Below are positions 12,620-25,732 of a stretch of 64,000 bases of DNA, piece by piece (positions within the stretch are counted from its first letter, which is position 1; each line of letters opens with the position of its first letter). The position numbers were made by a program, and so were the translations under genes. Source of the DNA: Isurus oxyrinchus (lineage: Eukaryota); assembly GCA_026770705.1 (NCBI GenBank), contig JANJGN010000010.1, forward strand, positions 56,792,001-56,856,000, read 5' to 3'. The notes under the pieces were generated by a model that made no database searches, was not told where the DNA came from, and worked only from the letters and a program-made list of their open reading frames with translations.

Positions 12620-15600
12620 GTAATGATGATGATTCCCAATTTCTCTTTGTTTTGCCCACTACCTTCTTTTACTTATATAAGTTAACACTACAATACAATT
12701 CCAGCACTCTTAATGTTGTAATATCATGAAGGGCAAGCACTTCAGTATTTTTTTCTGATCTATGGCTACCAGATTCTACCTGTATCTTTGTATCTTGCCC
12801 AAGCAGCTTTTTTCATGTGTGAGCCTAGGCAGGATATGTTGACAGATTATTTGATTTTGGAGAGCATCACAGCAGAACCTAAATTTGCCTTCACCTATCA
12901 TCTACACATGGAGTAACAGCAGACTTTATTGATAGGAATCACAAGTGGGAAGCAATGGTTGACATTTTACCTGTGCCTAGCTCAAAGTTATTGGGAACAG
13001 CTGTAATGCTCCCTGCCTGAGGCTTGACTGATTGAGCAAGGGCCAGACATTCAGCCTGGGGCATTAAAGTAACACCTAATTTACCCACTGTGTTTCCTCC
13101 CTCTTTTTTTAGTCGCCTCTTAACATACACCATCACAGAAAATTTTATTTCAGTTGTTCTATAATTTCCCCTTACCCTGCTTAGTTCATTGGGAAGAATG
13201 GAACTGTGGAACTCATTGGGCACATCTCCGAGGGTACAAACCCATCTCTTTACCAGATTATGACATACACATACAACTGCTAAATGACAACTGCAATGGA
13301 ACTCTCTTGAAATCAAATCTTAATTGCCTGTTGAAAAAATGGATCTTGTTGCAGGTGTTATGTTTTCACTGTGTACAAAAATGACCAAACAAATCTGCAT
13401 AATGCTGTGCCAACTTTTAAATGAAATCAGAACATGACTAGTGCTGAGGACTATTAAGTATCTAATACCTGCATTCACCTAAACATAAGCAAAAGTAATA
13501 GATAACCTTTAAAATAGGCTATAGTATAAATTTATTTACATCGTGATTTGACTAACAACGGAAAGTCAAATTTTGATATATGCAATAGGTTGGCAGTCAA
13601 TTAAATAATAGGTTAACCCCTTCCATATTAATTTCAAGAAGAAATGTTTATATTGGTTTCCTGCTACAAACTTAGATTGAGCGTGTTTAGGATGCCACCA
13701 GAACAAAGAGATTGGTTGTAAAAGTGCAGTGTCAGAATAAATTTGACTTAAGTACCAAAATACTTATAGAAGGTAGTTGCATATATCATGGTTTCAACAT
13801 TGATTTGAAATTGGAAATATAAATAAAAATATAATTGTAAGTGAGTGCTGGGTGAATTTGTAGCTCTAAGGTTTTAATTGTAAACAGGTTTTGATGTTTT
13901 GGAATTGATCTTGATTGAGTTGTTTCACAGTGAATGGAAATGCTTCAAACTGTTGGAAAATGTTGAACTTGAGCATGGTTGGACTTTTTTGTAAGTGCAA
14001 CTTGTCAGAAATGATTTTAAGTGAATTCCATTGTAAATATAACTGTTCACAAATTCACAATCCTAATTCTTAAAAATCTGTTAATCCTACAATCTTCAGA
14101 TTTTCAAAATCCATGTTGACATTTAGTAGTCACTACTTCCTCATTCATTCAACATTTTCTACTATCCTTTTCAACCCTGGTAGTGTCATTCAAGGTGGAC
14201 TTTTACCATTCACACTGTTTTCCCAATTCAAAGGCAATGAAGGTAAAAGTTCTACTGTCACCCAACCAAGAATGGTGTAGATTACTCCTGCTGCCTTGGG
14301 CCATATGCCAATCAAATATTATTTATTATATCATTTCATGATACATCAGTAAATAGATTTCTTTTAGAAGAATTTCTGCAATAAAAGCTTCAATATTAAG
14401 CTTAATATCAATGAACAGAAAAATGGTTTTGCATTTTAAAAAAAATTCCATTTAGGGTGAGTTGATTGCCTTTAGCACTCAACTCAACCCAAATCTCCTG
14501 AAATGGGAGGAATTTAAGGGTGTTGGAATGATACTTGTGACTTTTTTTTTGTTTGGGTTTATGTGTAACAAAGTTGTCCTTTATTTCAACAATTAGATGA
14601 TATTTGTGCATGCTGAATTGAAAGTTGTGTTAATGGTGTCAGGGTGTGGTGTTTTGCTCTTGTGCAGATTTTTCTTTAATTATACACTGGTTTCTCCTGA
14701 TATAACTTTTATAACATAGTTAAGTCAATATTGTTCCTTTTCTGCTTTTCCACCTGTGCCTTTCTATTCCATGCACTGCTGCTTTTCTGCTTGCTACACG
14801 CTAACAACATCTTCAGCAATGGTTGTCCAAGAGTCTATTGATTTGTCCTGGATTATCATTTCTCAATGATTTCCCACCACCAATGTTAAACTGATTGACC
14901 TGTAGTTGCTGGGTTTATCCTTACCCAGGGATAAGGGTGTAGCATTGCAATTCTCCAGTCCTCTAGCATTAATCTTGTACATATGGATGATTGGAAAATT
15001 ATGGCTTGTACCACCACAATTTACATCCATACTTCCCTTAGCATCATTGGATGCATCCCATCTGGTCCTGATGACTTATCAATTTTAAGTACAGTCAGCC
15101 TTTACAATGCCTCCTCTGTGTCAATTTTTTGCTTATTCAGTGTCTTAGCCACCTCCTTTTTCAGTGGCCTCTTTCTCATTATCACCCATTTTGGCAAATT
15201 AAACTCAACCCTAAATTTTATTTCTGACGAGGCTCGCAAAAGAGGAGGTAGTTGATCACTGAATGGGCTAAACATTGAAAAAGAGGAGGTATTAGAAGGG
15301 CTGTCTGTACGTAAGCTAAAGTTTATTTTAACTTATTATAACAGTAACAAAAATAATGGCAGATTGTTTTGCAAAAATCCAGAGTAATCATTTCATATTA
15401 TTAGCAATTGAATCACAACTTTTGTTTTTTACAAAAAAGCCTAACTTTTAATGAAATAAAATGGAAAACTGGGCAGGAAGTATAATGGTCGGCTGGTTCA
15501 ACCTCGCTCGTTTACACCCCTGCCATTGTTGAAGACTCTGGTGTATTCCTTTATCTCAGTTGACCGCTGTGTTGTCAATCAAACTGTGGCATCTGGCAGA

Positions 15601-15722
15601 GTGATTGCAGTCACTTATTGTGTTGTGGTTGATTTACCTTATGATTGCCCATTTTGTGCATCTGTATACATATGTAACTTACTTATGTGAACTATGTGGC
15701 AAATCAAGAACATTTCTATTAA

Positions 15723-15761
15723 CAAAAACAAAATTACCTGGAAAAACTCAGCAGGTCTGGC
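15723..15761 (-). mobile_element. 39-bp Penelope-like fragment with ~14-bp TSD, unit 2 only
   Basis: caaaaacaaaattacctggaaaaactcagcaggtctggc is flanked by aacatttctattaa / aacatttctatgaa; the other units show the empty site. Confidence 0.85.
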
Positions 15762-17033
15762 AACATTTCTATGAAGTTGGTTAGTTGCAATGACAGAGTA
15801 ATACATAAAATATATTTAAAATAAAGATCTGTTATTTTAAATTGTTTTGTACATTCTATGTGTGAGTTTGTTTGTTTTTATGTGTATAGACAGAGATGGC
15901 ATCTAAAGTATACCTATATGAACTGCATCAACAATTGCCAGCAATTTTTTAAAGTTCTGTCGTTCAGGATTCACCTAATTTATATGCCTCCATATATTCT
16001 TTTACTCATTCCTTTCCCTGCTTTAATTTTAATTTATTTAATATTTTAGTATGTAATTATACTGATTTTGAATCAATATAATTACCAATTTTTCAAAAAT
16101 ACTTGAGTTCTTTCTTATTTTACAATTTTTTTTATGGACAGTATTTCTTGGAGGTTGGAATGTCAGTTGCTGAACTGCAAACTCAGCTTGGATCTGTTGG
16201 TTATTCTCTTAACACTAAGTCTGCACAGCTGCCATTACGAATAGAGAGAAGTTCTGGCTCATGGATATTTCCTGTCTTCCCTTTCCCTCTTCCCTCTTCA
16301 TTACTTTTTGAGTTTTTGCTCCTTCTCTATTTGTCTGATCAAGTTGTAACTTATAGCTTGTTAGATATGCTTTTAAAGTTTGCTACATTTTGTTTTTTGG
16401 ACTGGGAGCTAAACAGTTCTCATAATAACTTTCAAAATGTAAGGATTTAATAAAAATAGCTTCCTCCAGTTTTCTCTCCTTCCAGTAAGTGCAAAGTCCT
16501 TGCAATGATGCACGAAGCCATTCTTCAACTCAAGCCTTGCTAGTGAGTGTTAGCAGGCTATTTAACCATACCCTAATGACCAAGCCCCATGGATGCAGGC
16601 AGGCCTCTGGAATGTTGCCTGAGTGGCCATTCTTCTTGTGTAAACATGTGCAGTGAGTGTCGGCCAGTCAGATAAATCATTGCAACCATATATAATCCTG
16701 TTCTGACTTGATCCTCCCACATGTGCACTTTCCATCATAAGTCATTGAATGAGATTTCTTGCTGACTTTTCTCTGTCTAGTTTAGGATGCTGTGGTCAAT
16801 TGTAATGTCATAAGTTGTGCACTAACTGGGAGCAGTTAACTCAGCTCAGGTTAGGGGTGAAAACTGGGATCTTCTATGAGCATTTTGAGCTTATCCAGTT
16901 TACAGCTGGCTATTGGCCCAGGACTTTTGTAGGGAATCTTGTAGTCGCTGCCCATGGTGAAGGCAGTGTAAGTAATGAAGACTGAGTTCGCTGTGATTAA
17001 TCACCATTTATTATCTCTGGTGTTGGATTACAG

Positions 17034-17057
17034 AACATCATGAACATCACGAGGGAG
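17034..17057 (+). CDS. tnnt3: 24-nt His-rich microexon, unit 2: EHHEHHEG
   Basis: ggattacAG|AACATCATGAACATCACGAGGGAG|GTAATG; phase 1-1. Confidence 0.75.
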
Positions 17058-20000
17058 GTAATGATGATGATTCCCAATTTCTCTTTGTTTTGCCCACTGA
17101 CGTCTTGTACTTATATAAGTTAACGCTACAATACAATTCCAGCACTCTTAATGTTGTAATATCATGAAGGGCAAGCACTTCAGTATTTTTTTCAGAGCTA
17201 TGGCTACCAAGTTCTATCTGTATCTTTGGTATCTTGCCCAAGCAGCTTTCTTCATATGTGAGCCTAGGCAAGATATATTGACCGATTATTTGACTTTGGA
17301 GAGCATCACAGCAGAACCTAAACTTGCCTTCACCTATCATCTACACATGGAGTAACAGCAGCCTTTACTGATAGGGATCACAAGTGGGAAGCAATGGTTG
17401 ACATTTTTCCTGTGCCTAGTTCAAAGCTATTGGGAACAGTTGTAATGCTCCCTGCTTGAGGCTTGACTGATTGAGCAAGGGCCAGACATTCAGCCTGGGG
17501 CCTTCCAGTAACACCTAATTTACCCACTGTGTTTCCTCCCTCTTTTTTTAGTTGCCTCTTAACATACACCATCACAGAAAATTTTCTTTCAGTTTTTCTA
17601 TAATTTCCCCTTACCCTGCTTAGTTCATTGGGAAGAATGGAACTGTGGAATTCATTGGGCACATCTCTGAGGGTACAAACCCATCTCTTTACCAGATTAT
17701 GACATAAACATACGACTGCTAAATGACAACTGCAATGGAACTCTCTTGAAATTAAATCTTAATTGTCTATTGAAAAAGTGGATCTTGTTGCAGGTGTTAT
17801 GTTTTCACTGTGTACAACAAATGGACCAAACAAATCTGCATAATGCTGTGCCAACTTTTAAATCAAATCACAGCTTGACTAGTGCTGAGGGCTATTGAGT
17901 ATCTAATACCTGCATTCACCTAAACACAAGCAAAAGTAATACATAACCTTTAAATTAGGCTATTGTATAAATTTATTTACATCGTGATTTAATAACAAAG
18001 GAACGTCAAATTCTGATATATACAATAGGTTGGCAGTCAATTAGATAATAGATTAACCCCTTCCATATTAATTTCAAGAAGAAATGTTTATATAGGTTTC
18101 CCACTACAAACTTAGATTGAGTGTGTTTAGGTTGTAGCCAGAATAAAAAGATTGCTTGTAAAAGTGCAGTGTCAGAACAGATTTGACTTAAGTACCAAAA
18201 TACTTATAGAAGGTATTTGCATATATCATGGTTCAACAATGATTTGCATTTGGAAATATAAATAAAAATATAATTGTAAGTGAGTGCTGGGTGAATTTGT
18301 AGCTCTAAGGTTTTAATTGTAACCAGATTTTGATGTTTTGGAATTGATCTTGATTGTGTTGTTTCACAGTGAATGGAAATGCTCTCGAACTGTTAGAAAA
18401 GTTTGATCCTGAGCAAGGTTGAACTTTTTCGTAAGTGCAACTTGTCAAAAACGATCTTAAGTGAATTCCATTGTAACTATAATGGTTCACAATTTCACAA
18501 TCCTAATTCTTAAAAATCTGTTAATCCTACAATCTTCAGATTTTCAAAATCCACTTTGACATTTAGTAGTCACTACTTCCTCATTCATTCAACACTTTCT
18601 ACTATTCTTTTCACCTCTGGTAGATTTCTTTTAGAAGAATTTCTGCAATAAAAGCTTCAATATTAAGCTTAATATCAATGAACAGGCAAATGGTTCTGCA
18701 TTTAAAAAAATTTCCATTTAGGGCGAGTTGATTAACTTTAGCATTCAACTCACCCTAAATGTCCTGAAATGTCAGGAATTTAAGGGTGTTGGAATGATAC
18801 TTGTGACTTTTTGTTGTTTGCGTTCATGTGTAACAAAGTTATCCTTTATTTCAGCAATTAGATGGTATTTGTGCATGCTGAAGTGAATTGCAGTGAAAGT
18901 TGTGTTAATGGTGTCAGGGTGTGGTGTTTTGCTCTTGTGCAGATTTTTCTTTAATTATACACTGGTTTCTCCTGATATAACTTTTATAACATATTTATGT
19001 CAATATTGTTCCTTTTCTGCTTTTCCACCTGTGCCTTTCTATTCCATGCACTGCTGCTTTTCTGCTTGCTACACGCTAACACCATCTTCGGAAGAGGTAG
19101 TCCAAGAGTCTATTGATTTTGTCCTATTTTATCATTTCTCAATGCTTTCCCACCACCAGTGTTAAACTGAATGACCTGTAGTTGCTGGGTTTATCCTTAC
19201 CCACGGATAAGGGTGTAGCATTGCAATTCTCCAGTCCTCAAGAATTAATCTTGTACATATGGATGATTGGAAAATTATGACGGGTGCCACCACATTTTAC
19301 ATCCATACTTCCCTTAGCATCATTGGATGCATCCCATCTGGTCCCGATGACTTATCAACTTTAAGTACAGTCAGCCTTTATAATACCACCTCTTTATCAA
19401 TTTTTAGCCTATTCAGTGTCTTAGCCACCTCCTCTTTCAGTGGCCTCTTTCTCATTATCGCCCATTTTGGCAAATTATCTCAACCCTAAACTTTATTTCT
19501 GACGAGGCTAGCAAAAGAGGAGGTAGTTGATCACTGAATGGGCTAAAAATTGAAAAAGGGGAGTTATTAGAAAGGCTGTCTGTACTTAAGCTAAAGTTTA
19601 TTTTAAATTATTATAATGATAACAAAATAATGGCAGATGGTGTTGCAAGAATCCAGAGTAATGGTTTTATATCATTTGCCATTGAATCACAACTTTAGTT
19701 TTTCCAAAATGATGATACTTAAAAAAAAAGCCTAACTTTTAATGAAGTAAAATGGAAAATTTGGCAGGCTGTATAATGGTCGGCTGATTCAACCTCGCTC
19801 ATATTACACCCTGCCATTGTTGAAGGTTCTGGCGTATTCCTTTATATCAGTTGACCGCTGTGTTGTCAGTCAAAATGTGGCATCTAGCAGAGTGATTGCA
19901 GTCACTTATTGTGTTGTGGTTGATTTAACTCCTTATCTTATGATTGCCTATATTGTGCATCTGTATTCATATGTAACTTACTTATGTGAACTATGTGGCA

Positions 20001-21298
20001 AATCAAGAACATTTCTGTTAAGTTGGTTAGTTGCAATGACAGAGTAATATATAAAATATATTTAAAATAATGATCTGTAATTTTAAATTATTCTGTACAT
20101 TCCATGTGTGTGTATGTGTGTGTGTTTATGTGTATAGACAGCGATGGCATCTAAAGTATATCTGTATGAACTACTTCAGCAATTGCCAGCAATTTTTTTA
20201 ATGTTCTGTCGTTCAGGATTCTCTTAATTTATATGCCTCCATATATACTTTTACACATTCCTTTCCCTGCTTTAATTTTGATTTACTTAATATTTTAATC
20301 ACTAATTATACTGATTTTGAATTAATACAATTATCAATTTTTCAAAAATACTTGAGTTCTTTGTTATTTTGTAATTTTTTAAAATGATTTGCACTATGAT
20401 GTACAGTATTTCTCGGAGGTTGGAAGTGTCAGTTGCTGAACTGCAAACTCAGCTTGAATCTGATGGTTATTCTCTTAACACTAAGTCTGCACAGCTGCCA
20501 TTACGAATAGAGAGAAGTTCTGGCTCATGGAAATTTCCTGTCTTCCCTTTCCCCCTTCCCTCTTCATTACTTTTTGAGTTTTTGCTCCTTCTCTATTTGT
20601 CTGATCAAATTGCATCTTGTAGCCCGTTAGATATGCTTTTAAAGTTTGTTACAGGTTTTTTTTTTGGATTGGTTGCTAAAGAGTTCTCTCATCATAACTT
20701 CCAAAATGTAAGGATTTAAAAAAAAATAGCTTCCTCCAGTTTTCTCTCCTTGCCAGAAAGTGCAATCTCCTTGCAATGATGCACGAAGCCATTCTTCAAC
20801 TCAAGCCTTGCCAGTGAGTGTTAGCAGGCTATTTAACCATACCCTAATAACCAAGCCCCATGGATGCTGGCAGGCCTCTGGAATGTTGCCTGAGTGGCCA
20901 TTCTTCTTGTGTAAACCTGTGCAGTGAGTGTCGGCGGGTCAGATAAATCATTGCAACCATATATAATCCTGTTCTGACTTGATCCTCCCACATGTGCACT
21001 TTCTAGCAGAAGTCATTGAATGGGATTTCTGACTAACTTTTCTCTGTCTAGTTTAGGATGCTGTGGTCAATTGTAATGTCATAAGTTGTGTCCTAACTGG
21101 GAGCAGTTAACTCAGCTCAGGTTAGGGGTGAAAACTGGGATCTTCTATGAGCATTTTTAGCTTCTCCAGATTACGGCTGGCTAATGGTCCAGGACTTTTG
21201 TGGGGAATCTTATAGTCGATGCCCATGGTGAAGGCAGTGTAAGTAATGAAGACTGAGTTTGCTGTGATTAATCTGTTATCTCTGGTGTTGGATTACAG

Positions 21299-21322
21299 AA
21301 CATCATGAACATCCCAAGGAAG
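21299..21322 (+). CDS. tnnt3: 24-nt His-rich microexon, unit 3: EHHEHPKE
   Basis: ggattacAG|AACATCATGAACATCCCAAGGAAG|GTAATG; phase 1-1. Confidence 0.75.
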
Positions 21323-24300
21323 GTAATGATGATGATTCCCAATTTCTCTTTGTTTTGCCCACTGCCATCTTTTTCTTATATAAGTTAACACTACAATACA
21401 ATTCCAGCACTCTTAATGTTGTAATATCATGAAGGGCAAGCACTTCAGTATTTTTTTCTGAGCTATGGCTACCAAATTCTATCTGTATCTTTGTATCTTG
21501 CCCAAGCAGCTTTCTTCATATGTGAGCCTAGGCAGAATATGTTGACAGATTATTTGACTTTGGAGAGCATCACAGCAGAACCTAAACTTGCCTTCACCTA
21601 TCATCTACACATGGAGTAACAGCAGACTTTATTGATAGGGTCACAAGTGGGAAGCAATGGTTGACATTTTTCTTGTGCCTAGCTCAAAGCTATTGAGAAC
21701 AATGCTCCCTGCCTGTGGCTTGACTGATTGAGCAAGGGCCAGACATTCAGCCTGGGGCCTTCCAGTAACACCTAATTTACCAACTGTGTTTCCTCCCTCT
21801 TTTTTTAGTCGCCTCTTAACATACACCATCACAGAAAATTTTCTTTCTGTTGTTCTATAATTTCCCCTTACCCTGCTTAGTTCATTGGGGAGAATGGAAC
21901 TGTGGAACTCATTGGGCACATCTCCAAGGATACAAACCCATCCCTTTACCAGATTATGACATACACATACGACTGCTAAATGACAACTGCAATGGAACTC
22001 TCTTGAAATCAAATCTTAATTGCCTGTTGAGAAAGTGGATCTTGTTGCAGGTGTTATGTTTTCACTGTGTACAAAAAAGACCAAAAAATCTGCATAATGC
22101 TGTGCCAACTTTTAAATTAAATCACAGCATGACTAGTGCTGAGGGCTTTTAAGTATCTAACACCTGCATTCACCTAAACATAAGCAAAAGTAATAGATAA
22201 CCTTTGAAATAGGCTATTGTATAAATTTATTTACATCGTGATTTGACTAACAAAGGAACGTCAAATTCTGATATATGCAATAGGTTGGCAGTCAATTAGA
22301 AATAGATTAACCCCTTCCATATTAATTTCAAGAAGAAATGTTTATATTGGTTTCCCACTACAAACTTAGATTGAGTGTGTTTAGGATGTAACCAGAACAA
22401 AGAAATGGTTGTAAAAGTGCAGTGTCAGAACAAATTAAACTTAAGTACCAAAATACTATAGAAGGTATTTGCATATATTATGGTTTCAACATTGATTTGA
22501 ATTTGGAAAAATAAATAAAAATATAATTGTAAGTGAGTGCTGGGTGAATTTGTAGCTCTAAGATTTTAGTGGTAACCAGGTTTTAATGTTTTGGAATTGA
22601 TCTTGATTGTGTTGTTTCACAGTGAATGGAAATGCTTTCGAACTGTTAGAAAAGTTTGATCTTGAGCATGGTTGGACTTTTTCGTAAGTGCAACTTGTCA
22701 GAAATGATTTTAAGTGAATTCCATTGTAACTATAATTGTTCACAATCCTAATTCTTAAAAATCTGTTAATCCTACAATTTCAGATTTTCAAGATCCATGT
22801 TGACATTTAGTAGTCACTACTTCCTCATTCATTCAACATTTTCTACTATTCTTTTCATCCCTGGTAGTGTCATTCAAGGTGGATTTTTACCATTCACACT
22901 GTTTTCCCAATTCAATGGCAATAAAAGTAAAAGTTCTACTGTAACTCAACCAAGAATGGTGTAGATTACGCCTGCTGCCTTGGGCCATATGCCAATCAAA
23001 TATTATATATTATATAATTTCATGATACATCAATAAATAGGTTTCTTTTAGAAGAATTTCTGCAATAAAAGCTTCAATATTAAGCTTAATATCAATGAAC
23101 AGGCAAATGGTTCTGCATTTAAAAAAATTTCCATTTAGGGCGAGTTGATTGCCTTTAGCATTCAACTCACCCTAAATGTCCTGAAATGTCAGGAATTTAA
23201 GGGTGTTGGAATGATACTTTTGACTTTTCTTTTTATTTGGGTTTATGTGTAACAAAATTGTCCTTTATTTCAACAATTAGATGATATTTGTGCATGCTGA
23301 AGTGAATTGCAGTGAAAGTTGTGTTAGTGTGTCAGGGCGTCGTGTTTTGCTCTTATGCAGATTTTTCTTTAATTATACACTGGTTTCTCCTGATATAACT
23401 TTTATACCATATTTATGTTAATATTGTTCCTTTTCTGCTTTTCCACCTGTGCCTTTCTATTCCATGCACTGCTGCTTTTCTGCTTGCTACACGCTAACTC
23501 CATTTTCAGAAGAGGTAGTCCAAAAGCCTATTGATTTTGTCCTGGATTATCATTTCTCAATGCTTTCCCACCACCAATGTTAAACTGATTGACCTGTAGT
23601 TGCTGGGTTTATCCTTACCCAGGGATAAGGGTGTAGCATTGCAATTCTCCAGTCCTCTAGCATTAATCTTGTACATATGGATGATTGGAAAATTATGACT
23701 GGTACCACCACAATTTACATCCATACTTCCCTTCGCATCATTGGATGCATCCCATCTGGTCGCAATGAATGATCAACTTTAAGTACAGTCAGCCTTTATA
23801 ATACCACCTCTTTATCAATTTTTTGCTTATTCAGTGTCTTAGCCACCTTGTTTTTCAATGGCCTCTTTCTCATTATCACCCATTTTGGCAACTTGAACTC
23901 AACCCTAAACTTTATTTCTGCCGAGGCTAGCAAAAGAGGATGTAGTTGATCACTGAATGGGCTAAAAATTGAAAAAGGGGAGTTATTAGAAAGGCTGTCT
24001 GTACTTAAGCTAAAGTTTATTTTAAATTATTATAACAATAACAAAATAATGGCAGATGGTGTTGCAAGAATCCAGAGTAATGGTTTTATATTATTTGCCA
24101 TTGAATCACATCTTTAGTTTTTACAAAAATGATGATACTTAAAAAAAAAGCCCAATTTTAAATGAAGTAAAATGGAAAACTGGGCAGGCTGTATGATGGT
24201 CGGTTGATTCAACATTGCTCGTTTTACACCCTGCCATTGTTGAAGGTTCTGGCGTATTTCTTTATATCAGTTGACCGCTGTGTTGTCAGTCAAAATGTGG

Positions 24301-25708
24301 CATCTAGCAGAGTGATTGCAGTCACTTATTGTGTTGTGATTGATTTAACTCCTTACCTTATGATTGCCCATATTGTGCATCTGCGCAACTTACTAATGTG
24401 AACTATGTGGCAAATCAAGAACATTTCTATTAAGTTGATTAGTTGCAATGACAGAGTAATACATAAAATATATTTAAAATAAAGATCTGTTATTTTAAAT
24501 TATTCTGTACATTCTATGTGTGTGTGTTTATGTGTATAGACAGAGATGGCATCTAAAGTATACCTATAAGAACAATTGCCAGCGTTTCTTTTAATCTTCT
24601 GTTGTTCAGGATTCACTTAATTTATATGCCTCCATATATTCTTTCACACATTCCTTTCCCTGCTTTAATTTTGATTTATTTAATATTTTAATCTCTAATT
24701 ATACTGATTTTGAATTAATATCATTATCAATTTTTCAAAAATACTTGAGTTCTTTCTTATTTTATAATTTTTTAAAAATGTATTGCAGTACTGTGTTGTA
24801 CTGTATTTCTCGAAGGTTGGAAGTGTCAGTAGCTGAGCTGCAAACTCAGCTTGGATCTGATGGTTATTCTCTTAACACTAAGTCTGCACAGCTGCCATTA
24901 CGAATAGAGAGAAGTTCTGGCTCATGGAAATTTCCTGTCTTCCCTTTCGCCCTTCCCTCTTCATTACTTTTGAGTTTTTGCTCCTTCTCTATTTGTCTGA
25001 TCAAGTTGCATCTTGTAGCCTGTTAGATATGCTATTAAAGTTTGTTACATTTTGTTTTGCTGGATTGGGTGCTAAAGAGTTCTCTCATCATAACTTCCAA
25101 AATGTAAGGATTTAAAAAATGTAAGGATTTAAAAAATAAATAGCTTCCTCCAGTTTTCTCTCCTTGCCACAAAGTGCAAAGTCCTTGCAATGATGCTCGA
25201 AGCCATTCTTCAACTCAAGCCTTGCCAGTGAGTGTTAGCAGGCTATTTATCCATACCCTAATAACCAAGCCCCATTGATGCTGGCAGGCCTCTTAAATGT
25301 TGCCTGAGTGGCCATTCTTCTTGTGTAAACCTGTGCAGTGAGTGTCGGCCGGTCAGATAAATCATTGCAACCATATATAATCCTGTTCTGACCTGATCGT
25401 CCCACATGTGCACTTTTCCATCATAAGTCATTGAATGAGATTTCTGGCTGACTTTTCTCTGTCTAGTTTAGGATGCTGTGGTCAATTGTAATGTCCTAAG
25501 TTGTGCCCTAACTGGGAGCACTTAGCTCAGGTTAGGGGTGAAAACTGGGATCTTCTATGAGCATTTTTAGCTTCTCCAGATTACGGCTGGCTAATGGTCC
25601 AGGACTTCCGTAGGGAATCTTGTAGTTGATGCCCATGGTGAAGGCAGTGTAAGTAATGAAGACTGAGTTTGCTGTGATTAATCTATTATCTCTGGTGTTG
25701 GATTACAG

Positions 25709-25732
25709 AACATCATGAACATCACGAGGGAG
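25709..25732 (+). CDS. tnnt3: 24-nt His-rich microexon, unit 4: EHHEHHEG
   Basis: ggattacAG|AACATCATGAACATCACGAGGGAG|GTAATG. Confidence 0.75.

Noticed and set aside
12939-13316. Recurrent ~125-aa minus-strand ORF (MISREFHCSCHLAVV...) in the array units
   Set aside because: It recurs only because the DNA is duplicated. It has a non-ATG start and no recognisable domain, is truncated in units 2 and 8, and lies antisense within an intron.
25626-25648. Possible exon VDAHGE (tgtAG|TTGATGCCCATGGTGAAG|gcagt-GTAAGT) ~60 nt upstream of each His exon
   Set aside because: The in-frame end needs a poor GC donor that is CC in unit 1. The GTAAGT donor gives a frameshifting 23-nt exon and a ~60-nt intron, and there is little polypyrimidine tract.
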